DNA of 64,000 bases from Angustibacter luteus (GCF_039541115.1 NZ_BAABFP010000005.1:868001-932000); one strand, 5' to 3'; shown: positions 10,139 to 20,441, counted from the stretch's first letter. Numbers and translations are program-made. The notes: generated by a model from the sequence alone, not told the origin.

Positions 10139-11202
10139 GACTCGAAGCCCAGCGGCAGGTAGGTGTCGACGTTTGCCTTGGTGATGGTGGCCGAGCTGAG
10201 GGTGATGGACGACGGGACCTCCTTCTCGACCAGGTCCGACATCCCCTTCGCCTGGGCCACGAGGCGGGCCAGCGAGATGGCGCTGGACGCCATCGACGGG
10301 CTGTACGTGACGGTCGCCTTCAGCACCGTGTTGTCGGCCTTGATGTCCCGCATGGCGTTGGCCGAGCCGGCGCCGCCGACCATGAAGAACTCGTCCCGCC
10401 CGGCCTGCTTGATGGCCGCCAGCACGCCGATGCCCTGGTCGTCGTCGTGGTTCCACAGCGCGTCCAACTTGGGAGCCGCCTGCAGCAGGTTCGCCGCGAC
10501 CCGCTGGCCGCCGGCCGCCGTGAAGTCCGCCGCCTGGCGCGGCCCGACCGAGAAGCCGAACGTCTTGAGGGCGTCCTTGAAGCCCTGGCTGCGCTGCTGG
10601 GTCAGTGGCAGGCTGTCGATGCCCGCGATCTCGCCGATGATCGGGCTGGCCACGCCCTTGGCCTTCAACGTGGCACCGACGTAGTTGCCCGCGCTGACGC
10701 CCATGCCGTAGTTGTCGCCGCCGATCCAGGTCCGGTACGCCAGCGGCGTGTCGAAGATCCGGTCCAGGTTGATCACCGGGATGCCGGCTGCGGTGGCCTT
10801 GAGGGCCGTCGCGGTGAGCTGCTTGCCGTCGTTGGGCAGCATCACGATGACGCTGACCTTCTTGTTGATCAGCGTCTCGACCGCGGCGATCTGCTGGGCG
10901 ATGTCGTTCGTCGGGTTGACCGGCTCGAACGTGACGTCCTCGTACTGGGCGGCCTGAGCCTTGGCGTTGTTGGCGATGGCCGCGATCCAGCCGTGGTCCG
11001 CTGCGGGGGCGGAGAAGCCGATGGTGACCTGCTTGCCCTTCGCCGCGTTGTCACCGGCGGCCACGGCGACGTTCGCCGTGCTGGCAGCGTCGTCCTTGGA
11101 GTTGCTCGTGCAGGCGGCCAGCGCGGCCACGGACAGGGCGCCACCGCCCAGGAGGAAGCCACGGCGTCCGAGGGAGGACGGCGAGAGCTGCGGTTCGGTC
11201 AT
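10135..11202 (-). CDS. Sugar ABC transporter substrate-binding lipoprotein (Tat signal)
   Basis: GRRGFLL twin-arginine motif, LAAC lipobox, RbsB-like motifs (IPVINLDR, GGDNY.MG). Confidence 0.9.
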   Translation of the reverse strand: MTEPQLSPSSLGRRGFLLGGGALSVAALAACTSNSKDDAASTANVAVAAGDNAAKGKQVTIGFSAPAADHGWIAAIANNAKAQAAQYEDVTFEPVNPTNDIAQQIAAVETLINKKVSVIVMLPNDGKQLTATALKATAAGIPVINLDRIFDTPLAYRTWIGGDNYGMGVSAGNYVGATLKAKGVASPIIGEIAGIDSLPLTQQRSQGFKDALKTFGFSVGPRQAADFTAAGGQRVAANLLQAAPKLDALWNHDDDQGIGVLAAIKQAGRDEFFMVGGAGSANAMRDIKADNTVLKATVTYSPSMASSAISLARLVAQAKGMSDLVEKEVPSSITLSSATITKANVDTYLPLGFES

Positions 11203-11341
11203 GACACGCTCCTTGTTCGAGAGGGGCTGTGCGGGAGGTTCTGTGTAGATGGTGCTGTGCGGAAGGCTTGCGCGAGAACAGGTGTGACGGGGTAGGGCCG
11301 CGGCGCGGGTGCGCCGGACCGGTGCGGTGGTGGGGTCTGGG

Positions 11342-12430
11342 CTAGGTGACGGACGACGTCCGTTGGGCGCGGGACTGGAAGAGCACCGCCGCGACGATGA
11401 TCACGCCCTTGGCGATGTTCTGGACCTCGGTGGCCAGGTTGTTGAGGACGAACAGGTTCGTGATGGTGGTGAAGACCAGCACGCCGAGGATGGAGCCGAC
11501 GAGCGTGCCGCGCCCGCCGGTGAGCAGGGTGCCGCCGATGATGACCGCGGCGATCGCGTCGAGCTCGTAGAGCGTGCCGTGGGTGCTCGAGCCGGTGGTG
11601 GTGAGCGAGGCGATCATGATGGCCGCGATCCCGGCGCACAGGCCGGAGACGACGTACAGCGCCGCGGTGTGCCGCTGCACGTTGACCCCGGCCAGCCGGG
11701 CGGCCTCGGCGTTGCCGCCGATGGCGAAGGTGCGCCGGCCGAACGTCGTGCGGTTGAGCACGATCCAGCCGACCACGACGACCGCGGCGAAGATGTAGAC
11801 GAGGACCGGCACGCCGAACCAGCGCCTCGTCGCGATGTCGTTGATGGCCTGCTGGGTGACGATCTGGCTCTGCTTGCGGGAGATGCGTTCGGCCAGGCCC
11901 TGCGCGGTGATCAGCATGGCCAGCGTGGCGATGAACGGCACCACCCGTCCGTAGGCGATGAGCACGCCGTTGACCAGCCCGCAGCCCATGCCGACCAGGA
12001 CGGCGCAGAGCACCATGACCCACGGGCCGTAGGACTGCGTCTGCGCGGTGGTCGCCCACACCGATGCCAGGGCCATCACCTTGCCGACGGACAGGTCGAT
12101 GCCGCCGCCGATGATGACGAACGTCGCGCCGACCGTGATGACGCCGATCACGGAGGACGACGTCAGGATGGTCAGCACGTTGGACCGGGTGGCGAACGTG
12201 TCCGCGGTGGCCACCCCGATGATGCACAGGATCACGAGCACACCGACCAGGCCGAGGTTGCGCCCGACGCTGCTGTCCATCAACCGGGACCACCGGGACG
12301 CCGGCTGCCCGGCCTCGCGGGCGACCCGTTCGACGCGGCTGCGCTCGTCGGCGTCCGGCACGTGCGCCGTGACGGCGTCCGGCTCGGGTCCGGTCGAGGT
12401 GCCGGTCGACCTGCTCTGACCTTCGCTCAC
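11342..12430 (-). CDS. Sugar ABC transporter permease (RbsC-like)
   Basis: GGIDLSVG, FIATL, AIGGNAEAARLAG, YELDAIAAVIIGG. Confidence 0.93.
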   Translation of the reverse strand: MSEGQSRSTGTSTGPEPDAVTAHVPDADERSRVERVAREAGQPASRWSRLMDSSVGRNLGLVGVLVILCIIGVATADTFATRSNVLTILTSSSVIGVITVGATFVIIGGGIDLSVGKVMALASVWATTAQTQSYGPWVMVLCAVLVGMGCGLVNGVLIAYGRVVPFIATLAMLITAQGLAERISRKQSQIVTQQAINDIATRRWFGVPVLVYIFAAVVVVGWIVLNRTTFGRRTFAIGGNAEAARLAGVNVQRHTAALYVVSGLCAGIAAIMIASLTTTGSSTHGTLYELDAIAAVIIGGTLLTGGRGTLVGSILGVLVFTTITNLFVLNNLATEVQNIAKGVIIVAAVLFQSRAQRTSSVT

Positions 12431-13926
12431 GCCGCGCTCCCTTCCATGACGAGGTCCAGGACCTTGCTCTCGTCCAGCTCGCCGGCCGGGGCCTCGTGCA
12501 CGACGCGCCCCTCACGCAGGACGAGCACCCGGTGGCTCATGCCGAGCACCTCGGGGACCTCGCTGGAGACGAGCACGACGGCGACGCCTTCGGCCGCGAG
12601 CCGGTGGATCAGCTGGTAGATCTCGGTGCGGGCGCCCACGTCCACGCCTCGGGTCGGCTCGTCCAGCAGCAGCACGCGGCAGCCGCGCAGCAACCACCGG
12701 GCCAGCAGGACCTTCTGCTGGTTGCCGCCGGACAGCGTGCTGGCGGGACGGCGTGGGTCCGCGGGCCGGACGTCGAGCTGCTCGGTGACCTCGCGGGCAG
12801 CCTCGACCTCGGCCCGCTCGCGGACGAACGAGGCCCAGGAGAAGCGCCGCATGCTGGCCAGGGACACGTTGCGGTACACCGGTTCGGTGAGCAGCAGGCC
12901 CTGGGACTTGCGCTCCTCCGGGCACAGACCGAGCCCGGCCCGGACCGCCGCCTGCACGGACCCGCCCGGCAGCCGGCGCCCGTCCACCTGGACGGTCCCG
13001 GCGGTCGCCTTGCGCGCGCCGTACACCGTCTCGAGGATCTCCGAGCGGCCGGAGCCCACCAGCCCGGCGATGCCGACGACCTCGCCGGCCCGCACGCTGA
13101 AGCTGACGTCCGCGAACTCGCGCCCGCGGCTGAGCCCGTCCACCTGGAGGACGACGTCACCGATGTCGCCGTCGCGCGGCGGGAAGACGTACTCGATGCT
13201 GCGGCCGGTCATCAGCCGGATCACCTCGGCCGTCGGGGTGCTGCGGGCCGGCAGGTTCTGCGCCACGGTTCGGCCGTCCTTGAGAACGCTGACCCGGTCG
13301 CCGATCTCGCGGATCTCCTCGAGCCGGTGCGAGATGTACACGACGGCCACACCATCGGCCTGCAGCCCGCGGATGACGTCGAACAGCCCGCGCACCTCCT
13401 CGGGGTCGAGCACGGCGGACGGCTCGTCCATCACGATCAGCCGGGCGTCGCGGGACAGCGCCCGGGCCATGCTGACGATCTGCTGGCCGGCGGCGGACAG
13501 CCGGCCGAGCTCGCGGCGCGGGGAGATCTCGGGGTGCCCGAGCCGGTCCAGCAGCCCGCGGGCCAGGCGCTCGGCGTCGGCCGGGCGGCTGAAGCCGAAG
13601 CGCGCGTGCTCGTGGCCGAGCACGATGTTCTCGGCGACCGTGAGGCCTGGCACCAGGTCGAGCTCCTGGTAGATGGTGGCGATCCCCGCGGTGTCGGCCG
13701 CGTGCGGCGAGGCCAGGGTGATCGGCTCGCCCTGCCAGGTGATCTCACCGGCGTCCGGGCGGTGGGCGCCGGCCAGCACCTTGATCAGGGTGGACTTGCC
13801 GGCGCCGTTCTGGCCGAGCAGGCAGTGCACCTCGCCGGCATCGACGTCCAGGTCGACGCCGTCCAGGGCGCGCACGCCCGGGAACTCCTTGACGATGCCG
13901 CGCATGCTCAGCAGCAGGCCGCTCAC
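12427..13926 (-). CDS. Sugar ABC transporter ATP-binding protein (RbsA-like, two ABC domains)
   Basis: GQNGAGKST, MDEP, LSGGNQQK, LDEPTRGVDVGA. Confidence 0.95.
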   Translation of the reverse strand: MSGLLLSMRGIVKEFPGVRALDGVDLDVDAGEVHCLLGQNGAGKSTLIKVLAGAHRPDAGEITWQGEPITLASPHAADTAGIATIYQELDLVPGLTVAENIVLGHEHARFGFSRPADAERLARGLLDRLGHPEISPRRELGRLSAAGQQIVSMARALSRDARLIVMDEPSAVLDPEEVRGLFDVIRGLQADGVAVVYISHRLEEIREIGDRVSVLKDGRTVAQNLPARSTPTAEVIRLMTGRSIEYVFPPRDGDIGDVVLQVDGLSRGREFADVSFSVRAGEVVGIAGLVGSGRSEILETVYGARKATAGTVQVDGRRLPGGSVQAAVRAGLGLCPEERKSQGLLLTEPVYRNVSLASMRRFSWASFVRERAEVEAAREVTEQLDVRPADPRRPASTLSGGNQQKVLLARWLLRGCRVLLLDEPTRGVDVGARTEIYQLIHRLAAEGVAVVLVSSEVPEVLGMSHRVLVLREGRVVHEAPAGELDESKVLDLVMEGSAA

Positions 13927-15122
13927 GACCGGCTCCCCGGCAGGGTCGAGTACAGCTGGTCGCTGATCATCCGGGCCGCCCCGATGACGCCGGCCTCGTC
14001 GTCCAGCTCGGACAGCACGATCGGCAGGTTGCCCGTGGCCAGCGGCAGGGAGCGCTGGTAGACGACGCTGCGCACCTGGGCGAGCAGCTCGTGACCGAGC
14101 TGGCTGACCCCGCCGCCGAGGACGACCAGGCCGGGGTTGAAGAAGCTGACCAGTCCGGCCAGCACCTCACCGAGCACCCGGCCGCCTTCGCGGACCATCG
14201 CGGTGGCGTGCGGGTCTCCGGCCTCCGCGGCGGCACCCACGTCGATCGCGCTCAGCGTGACCCCCTGGGCGAGGCGGTCGGCGAGGAAGGCGGAGCGCCC
14301 CGAGCGGGCTGCGGCCAGCGCGTCGCGGCGCAGCGCGGCGCCGCCGAAGTGGGCCTCGAGACAGCCGAAGTTGCCGCACGTGCAGACCGGACCCTCGTCG
14401 TCCACCTGGATGTGCCCGATGTCGCCGGCCGAGCCGTTCACCCCGCGGTACACCTCGCCCCGGATGACCACACCGCAGCCGATCCCGGTGCCGATCTTGA
14501 CGAACAGGAAGTCGTTGGCGCGCCGGGCGATCCCGGCGTGCTTCTCGCCCAGCGCCATGATGTTCACGTCGTTGTCCACGATGGCCGGGCAGCCCAGCGC
14601 GGTGGCGAACCGCTCGCGCACCGGGTAGCCGTTCCAGCCGGGCATGATCGGCGGCGACACGGGCTCGCCGCGGTCGAAGTTGACCGGGCCGGGGACGCCG
14701 ACCCCCACGCCCGCCAGGACGGTGCCCGGCTGGTCGGCGACCAGCTTGCGGGCCAGGTCCAGCGCGCGGTCGATGACGACGTCCGGTCCGAGCCGCACCT
14801 CGACGTCCTCGCGGACGTGCGCCAGCACGTTCAGCTCGGCGTCGGCGAGGGCGACGTCGACCGACGTGGCCCCGATGTCGACGCACAGCAGCCGGGTGCG
14901 GGAGCTGAGCGCCAGGGCGGTCGAGCGACGGCCGCCGCGCGAGGCGGCCAGGCCGGTGGCCTCGATGAGTCCCAGCTCGATCAGCCGGTCGACCTCAGCG
15001 GCCAGCTTCGACCGGGACAGGTCGACGCCGTCGTTCAGCTCGGCGCGCGAGCGCGGACCCTCGTCACGCAGGCGGCGCAGCAAGGCCACCTGGTGCCGGT
15101 TCTCCGGTCGCTGCAGGGTCAT
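13923..15122 (-). CDS. ROK-family transcriptional regulator
   Basis: N-terminal HTH (GPRSRAEL), SRGGRR linker, DNDVN, GTGIGCG, CTCGNFGCLE. Confidence 0.92.
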   Translation of the reverse strand: MTLQRPENRHQVALLRRLRDEGPRSRAELNDGVDLSRSKLAAEVDRLIELGLIEATGLAASRGGRRSTALALSSRTRLLCVDIGATSVDVALADAELNVLAHVREDVEVRLGPDVVIDRALDLARKLVADQPGTVLAGVGVGVPGPVNFDRGEPVSPPIMPGWNGYPVRERFATALGCPAIVDNDVNIMALGEKHAGIARRANDFLFVKIGTGIGCGVVIRGEVYRGVNGSAGDIGHIQVDDEGPVCTCGNFGCLEAHFGGAALRRDALAAARSGRSAFLADRLAQGVTLSAIDVGAAAEAGDPHATAMVREGGRVLGEVLAGLVSFFNPGLVVLGGGVSQLGHELLAQVRSVVYQRSLPLATGNLPIVLSELDDEAGVIGAARMISDQLYSTLPGSRS

Positions 15123-15159
15123 CGTCGTCCCTTCGGGCCATCGCTGGCCGATCGGGGCG

Positions 15160-15214
15160 ACCCTAGGACGCTTTGACCCAAGAGTGCAATACCTTTTGCC
15201 ATTCTCAGCAGAAG
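15160..15214 (-). promoter_or_regulatory. Sigma70-type promoter with adjacent candidate ROK operator
   Basis: Minus strand TTGCAC (15189-15184), 18 nt, TAGGGT (15165-15160); imperfect inverted repeat CTTTTGC-N8-GCAGAAG at 15193-15214. Confidence 0.6.
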
Positions 15215-15252
15215 TCGTGTCGGGTTGTTACCAAAGCACCGCCGACCCACCC

Positions 15253-15302
15253 CTCACGTCCGAATGGATCGCAGCAACAGCTGCGATCCATTCGGACGTG
15301 AG
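15253..15302. repeat. 23-bp perfect inverted repeat (terminator or REP-like element)
   Basis: CTCACGTCCGAATGGATCGCAGC-AACA-GCTGCGATCCATTCGGACGTGAG just downstream of pfk. Confidence 0.85.
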
Positions 15303-15317
15303 AGGGCGCGCTCGAGC

Positions 15318-16340
15318 TCAGCCGAAGAAGACGCCCGCCTCCGCGTAGCGCTCCGCGGGCACCGTCTTGAGCTCAGCGGTCGCCTCGGACAGCGGGACCC
15401 GGACGATGTCGGTGCCGCGCAGAGCGACCATCTTCCCGAAGTCCCGGTCGTGCACGGCCGCGATGGCCTCCAGCCCGAACCGGGTGGACAGCACCCGGTC
15501 GTAGGACGTCGGGGTGCCACCGCGCTGGGTGTGACCGAGGACGACGGCGCGCGTCTCGCGCTCGGTGACCCGCTCGATCTCGCCGGCCAGCCAGGTACCG
15601 ACGCCGCCGAGACGCACGTGCCCGAACGCATCCACCTCGCCGGTGGTCAGCACCTCGGCGCCGTCCTGCGGCACCGCACCCTCGGCCACCACGATCAGCG
15701 CCGAGCGGCCGTCCGCGAAGCGCGACTGCACCCAGCCGCAGACCTGCGCCGGGTCGAAGGGCACCTCGGGGATGAGGATGCCGTCCGCTCCCCCGGCCAG
15801 CCCGGAGTGCAGCGCGATCCACCCCGCGTGCCGGCCCATGACCTCGACCACCACCGCGCGGTGGTGCGACTCGGCCGTGGTGCGCAGCCGGTCGATCGAC
15901 TCGGTCGCGATGGCCACCGCGGTGTCGAAGCCGAACGTGTAGTCGGTCGCTCCGAGGTCGTTGTCGATGGTCTTCGGCACGCCGACCACGCCGATCCCGT
16001 CGTCCGTCAGCCGCTTGGCCACCCCGAGGGTGTCCTCGCCGCCGATCGCGATCAACGCGTCGACGCCGGCCGCAGCGAAGTTGTCGCGGATCCGGTCGAC
16101 GCCGCCGTCGACCTTGTACGGGTTGGTCCGGGACGAGCCGAGGATGGTCCCGCCGCGCGCCAGGATGTCCTCGACGTCGTCCAGGGTCAGCGGGCGGGTG
16201 TGACCCTCGACGGGGCCTCGCCACCCGTCCTTGAACCCCACGAACTCGTGGCCGAGGCCGCTGCCCTTGCGGACGACGGCGCGGATGACGGCGTTGAGGC
16301 CGGGGCAGTCCCCGCCTCCAGTGAGTACTCCGATGCGCAT
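15318..16340 (-). CDS. pfkA: 6-phosphofructokinase (actinobacterial group III type)
   Basis: LTGGGDCPGLN, GGTILGSSR, GGEDT, PKTIDND, EVMGRHAGW, LGHTQRGG. Confidence 0.96.
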   Translation of the reverse strand: MRIGVLTGGGDCPGLNAVIRAVVRKGSGLGHEFVGFKDGWRGPVEGHTRPLTLDDVEDILARGGTILGSSRTNPYKVDGGVDRIRDNFAAAGVDALIAIGGEDTLGVAKRLTDDGIGVVGVPKTIDNDLGATDYTFGFDTAVAIATESIDRLRTTAESHHRAVVVEVMGRHAGWIALHSGLAGGADGILIPEVPFDPAQVCGWVQSRFADGRSALIVVAEGAVPQDGAEVLTTGEVDAFGHVRLGGVGTWLAGEIERVTERETRAVVLGHTQRGGTPTSYDRVLSTRFGLEAIAAVHDRDFGKMVALRGTDIVRVPLSEATAELKTVPAERYAEAGVFFG

Positions 16341-16457
16341 GCGGCGACCCTAGCGGCGGGACGCCCCGGACGGCGACGGCTCGCCCACCCATCGGACGCC
16401 GCCGCGCAACCGCGCCCGGGCCGGGCGTCGTCCTGGTCCGCCACTACTGTTCCGGCC

Positions 16458-17276
16458 ATGACCTTCTCGATCGTGGGCCGCGACGGAGACGCCTACGGCG
16501 TGGCCGTCGCCAGCAAGTTCCTCGCCGTCGGCTCCGCCGTCCCCGCGGCGCGGGCCGGGCTCGGCGCCGTGGCCACCCAGGCCTACGCCAACCTCGCGTA
16601 CCGCGGCGCCGGGCTCGCGCTCCTCGCGGCGGGAGCGACCAGCGCCGAGACGGTGCAGCGGTTGACGGACGACGACGAGGGCCGCGACGACCGCCAGGTG
16701 GGCGTCGTGTCGGGGTCGGGAGGGACCAGCTTCACGGGGCCGAGCTGCCACGCCTGGGCCGGCGGACGGGCCGGCGACGACTACGCGGTGCAGGGCAACA
16801 TCCTCGTCGGCGAGCAGGTGGTCGAGGCCATGGAGGCCGCGTGGGCGTCGTCCGCCGGCCAGCCGCTCGTGCGGCGGCTGCTCGCCGCGCTGTCCGCCGG
16901 GGACGCCGCGGGCGGCGACCGCCGCGGCCGGCAGAGCGCCGCACTCCTGGTGGGCCGGCCGGGCGCCGGGTACGGCGGCGACGACACCGAGTACGACCTG
17001 CGGGTCGACGACCACCCGGACCCGGTCCCCGAGCTCGTCAAGCTGGTGGACCTGCACGACCTGTACTTCGGTGAGCCGGACGCCGACGCCCTGCTGCCGC
17101 TCGAAGGTGCCGTCGCCGACGAGGTGCGCGCACTGCTGGCCAAGCTCGGCCACGCGGGCGACGACCTCGACGCCCTGCTGGACACCTGGGCCGGCTCGGC
17201 CAACTTCGAGATGCGGCTGCGTCCGGGCTCCATCGACCCGGTCGTGCTCGACCAGCTACGCCTCGGCCGCACCTGA
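16458..17276 (+). CDS. DUF1028 (Ntn-hydrolase-like) protein with C-terminal putative PG-binding domain
   Basis: MTFSIV, GVAVASKFLAVG, ATQA, QGNIL, GGDRRGRQSAAL, DLRVDDH. Confidence 0.88.
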   Translation: MTFSIVGRDGDAYGVAVASKFLAVGSAVPAARAGLGAVATQAYANLAYRGAGLALLAAGATSAETVQRLTDDDEGRDDRQVGVVSGSGGTSFTGPSCHAWAGGRAGDDYAVQGNILVGEQVVEAMEAAWASSAGQPLVRRLLAALSAGDAAGGDRRGRQSAALLVGRPGAGYGGDDTEYDLRVDDHPDPVPELVKLVDLHDLYFGEPDADALLPLEGAVADEVRALLAKLGHAGDDLDALLDTWAGSANFEMRLRPGSIDPVVLDQLRLGRT

Positions 17277-20200
17277 CCCGAGGGCGTGCAGCTGGTCGGC
17301 GAGCTCGTCGGCCCGCCGGGCGAACAGCAGCGCCCCGGTCCGCTGGGCCAGCCGGCGCCCCTCGGCCAGGGTGGCGTGCACGTCCACGGCCGGTACCCCG
17401 AGCGCCAGCTGCGCCCGGGCCCGCACGACGGAGGCGAGCGCCTCGTTCGGCCGCTGCTGGTAGCGGTCGGCCGATGCGGCGGCCTCGTCCAGCGCGGCCA
17501 GCGCCTGGGTCGGCTCCCCTGACGCCAGGTGCAGGTAGGCGCGGATCAGCAGCGTGCCGTGCTCGCCCGTCCTGGCGCCCATCTCCAGCAGCACCTCGTC
17601 CAGGCGGGCCACCTCGGCCAGCGCCTCCCGCGCGTCGTCCGGTGTGCCGTGCATGCCGCGCGCCCACGCCTGCTCGCTGCGCAGCATGGTGCCGAGGAAC
17701 GCGAAGGCGCCGTCCGGGTCGGCCGCCAGTCCGGTGGCGCAGGCGGCCAGGGTGCGCTCCACGTCCCCCTCCAGCGAGGCCGCGTTGGCGGTGAACTGGG
17801 CCCAGACGACCGTGCCGTAGGGGTCGCCCTGCACCTGCGTGCGCATCCGCTGCTGGATCGCGTGCGCACTGTCCAGGTCGTCGGTCAGCGTGTGCACCAG
17901 GGAGCGGAAGGCCGGCGACAGCAGGCGGACGTCGTAGGCCAGGACGGGACGCTGCTCACCCTCGTCGAGCTCGGCCAGCAGGTCGGCGGCGGAGTCCAAC
18001 GCGACGCGGGACTCACCGATCTCGCCGCGGTCCCACCGGTCGATGCCCCGCGCGTGCAGCGCGTACAGCCGGACCACCGGGTCGGCGCTGCCGGAGGCTC
18101 GCTCCTCGAGCCGCGCGATCAGCTCGGCGCTGCGGTCGAGCTCGACGCGTTGGGACGCCGCGCCCCACCGGGCGTACACCAGCTCGACGCCGGTGCGCAC
18201 CCGGCCCAGCCGCTCGGCCAGCTCCTCACCGCGCGCCAGCAGCGCGTCGTCCGTGCCGATGTACCCGGCCTGGACTCCGACGATCGTCGTGAGCAGCGCA
18301 ATGCCGTCCAGCTCGAGATCGTCCAGCCCCGCCGACGAGCTCACCCCGATGGCGAGCTCCAGGTGCCGGGTGGCTGCGGCGTACGCGTGCTTGGCCAGCG
18401 CGGCGTGCGCCGCCGCCAACAGGGCCGACGCCGTGCGGCGCGGCTCGGCGAGCGGTCCGGCCGACCAGAGGTGGTGCGCCAACGCCTCGGCGGCCAGTGG
18501 CGGCGCCGCCTCGGCGTCCGGCTGCCCGGGGCCCTCCGGCGCGCGGCCGGGGCTGAGGGCGTCCGCAACCCGCAGGTGCAGCCGGGGAAGCATCAGCGCG
18601 CCGGCGCCGTCCACCACCGCGTCGCGCACGAGGTCGTGGCTGAACCGCCAGATCCCGACGCGCGTCGGGTGCGGCACGAGCACGCCGTCGTCCACTGCCG
18701 GGCTGATGCCCTCGAGCAGCTCGTCCAGCGTCGACCCGTTCGCCGCTGCGAGCACCGTGAGGTCCACGTCCCGGCCCAGCACGGCGGCCAGCCTGAGCAG
18801 GACGACCGTGGGTTCGGGCAGTGCCGCCAGCCGCGTCCGGACGACGTCCCGCACCGACGCCGGCACCACGACGTCCTCCCCCTCGGCCCGTGCCTGCACC
18901 ACCCGGGCCAGCTCGCGCACGAAGAACGGGTTGCCGCCGCTGCGGGCGAGCACGGCCTGCACGGTGCCGCCGGCCGGCGAGGTGCCCAGCTCGACGGCCA
19001 GCAGGGCCGCGACCTCGTCGGGGCCCAGCGCGGGCAGGTCCACCCGGGCCTGGCCCGGCACCCGAGCGAGCGCCGCGAGGGCAGCGACGAGGTGCGCCGG
19101 TGCGTGCTGGCCGGGTGGCCGGAGCGCGCAGCACAGGGTCACTCCGGCGGGTAGCCGCGTGGCGACCTGCGCGAGCAGCGCGGTGGAGGCCTCGTCCGCC
19201 CAGTGCAGGTCGTCCAGGACGAGCACCAGCGGACGTCGCCGGACCCGGTCGCCGAGCAAGGACACCAGGTCACCGGCCTGCCGGAAGGCGGCGCTCGGCT
19301 CGGGCGACTCCCCGGGCCGTCCCGGCAGCAGCGCCGCGAGCACGGTCGAGCCCGGCGCCCCGCCGGTCAGCACGTCCACCACCTGGCTCCAGGGCCACAG
19401 CGTCGGCGTCCCGGGGCCTTGAGCACAACGACCCCACACGACGTCCGCCTGCTCGTGCACCGCCGCGGCCAGGGCGTCCAGCAGGGCGGTCTTCCCCCCA
19501 CCGGCCTCGGCCTCGACCACCGCCACCCGACCACCGTCGGCAGCGCTGGACACCAGGTCGGTCAGGGTCGCCAGCTCAGCGTCCCGGCCCACCAGCGCGG
19601 GACTCCCCGGCGGTGACCGGTGGCCCGCTGGCTGGGCGGCGGTCGGCACCGGTGTGGGTTCGGAGGTGGGCACCGCCAGGTGGTCGGCGTGGGACAGCAG
19701 GTCCAGCTCGAGCTGGCGCAGTCGCGGCCCGGGGTCCACCCCGAGCTGGTCGCCGAGGGCGCGCTTGCAGTCCGCCAGCACCTGCAGCGCCTCGCGCTGG
19801 CGGTCGCTGCGGTAGAGCGCGACGGCCAGCAGCGCGGCGACCTCCTCGTCGAGCGGGTCGCGGTCCAGCGCCGCCCGCAGCTCGGGCTCGAGCGCGCGGT
19901 GCTCACCGCGGCCGAGGCGCACGTCGTACGACAGCCGCACCGCGGCCGCGTGCACCCGCTCCAACCGGATTCGGTCGGGCCGGCTCCACTCGTCGTCCTC
20001 GAAGTCCGGCAGCAGCGGTGCGTAGTCGCCGAGCGCACCTGCCACCAGCCGGGCGGCACCGTCCAGGTCACCTGCGGCAGAGCAGGTCCGGGCGGCCGCC
20101 ACCGCGTCCTCGAACCGCCACGCGTCGACCTGGTCGCGGGCGGCGACCAGCGCGTAACCCTGACCTCGGGTGACGAGGACGCTCGCCGGCTCACGGGGCT

Positions 20201-20441
20201 TGCGGTCCGGCTCGAGCGCCCGGCGCAGCGTGGAGATGTAGGAGTGCACCGAGGCCTCGGCCCGCTCGGGGGCGTCGGCCCCCCAGACGGCGCCGACCAG
20301 GCCGTCCAGCGACAGGGTGCGGCCGGACTGCAATAGCAGGACGGCGAGCAGGGCCTGCTGCTTGCGCGGACCCACGTCGAGGCGCCCGGCAGGCGAGGCG
20401 ACCTCGAGCCCGCCGAGCAGCCGGTACGCGAGCTCGGGCAT
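17256..20441 (-). CDS. Large SARP-type regulator: wHTH-BTAD, AAA ATPase and helical/TPR C-terminus
   Basis: RLLGGLEV...YISTLRRALEP...GYAL; PLDE...ALYRSDRQ.EAL...LGVDPGP (BTAD); LVGRDAEL, AGGGKT (Walker A), LVLDDLHWAD (Walker B), GGNPFFV.EL. Confidence 0.9.
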   Translation of the reverse strand: MPELAYRLLGGLEVASPAGRLDVGPRKQQALLAVLLLQSGRTLSLDGLVGAVWGADAPERAEASVHSYISTLRRALEPDRKPREPASVLVTRGQGYALVAARDQVDAWRFEDAVAAARTCSAAGDLDGAARLVAGALGDYAPLLPDFEDDEWSRPDRIRLERVHAAAVRLSYDVRLGRGEHRALEPELRAALDRDPLDEEVAALLAVALYRSDRQREALQVLADCKRALGDQLGVDPGPRLRQLELDLLSHADHLAVPTSEPTPVPTAAQPAGHRSPPGSPALVGRDAELATLTDLVSSAADGGRVAVVEAEAGGGKTALLDALAAAVHEQADVVWGRCAQGPGTPTLWPWSQVVDVLTGGAPGSTVLAALLPGRPGESPEPSAAFRQAGDLVSLLGDRVRRRPLVLVLDDLHWADEASTALLAQVATRLPAGVTLCCALRPPGQHAPAHLVAALAALARVPGQARVDLPALGPDEVAALLAVELGTSPAGGTVQAVLARSGGNPFFVRELARVVQARAEGEDVVVPASVRDVVRTRLAALPEPTVVLLRLAAVLGRDVDLTVLAAANGSTLDELLEGISPAVDDGVLVPHPTRVGIWRFSHDLVRDAVVDGAGALMLPRLHLRVADALSPGRAPEGPGQPDAEAAPPLAAEALAHHLWSAGPLAEPRRTASALLAAAHAALAKHAYAAATRHLELAIGVSSSAGLDDLELDGIALLTTIVGVQAGYIGTDDALLARGEELAERLGRVRTGVELVYARWGAASQRVELDRSAELIARLEERASGSADPVVRLYALHARGIDRWDRGEIGESRVALDSAADLLAELDEGEQRPVLAYDVRLLSPAFRSLVHTLTDDLDSAHAIQQRMRTQVQGDPYGTVVWAQFTANAASLEGDVERTLAACATGLAADPDGAFAFLGTMLRSEQAWARGMHGTPDDAREALAEVARLDEVLLEMGARTGEHGTLLIRAYLHLASGEPTQALAALDEAAASADRYQQRPNEALASVVRARAQLALGVPAVDVHATLAEGRRLAQRTGALLFARRADELADQLHALGSGAAEA

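Noticed and set aside
6383..10162. 1259-aa plus-strand ORF and other very long antisense or alternate-frame ORFs (e.g. 28748-32062, 42537-44633)
   Set aside because: Shadow ORFs opposite well-supported genes, expected in very high-GC DNA, with no recognisable motifs
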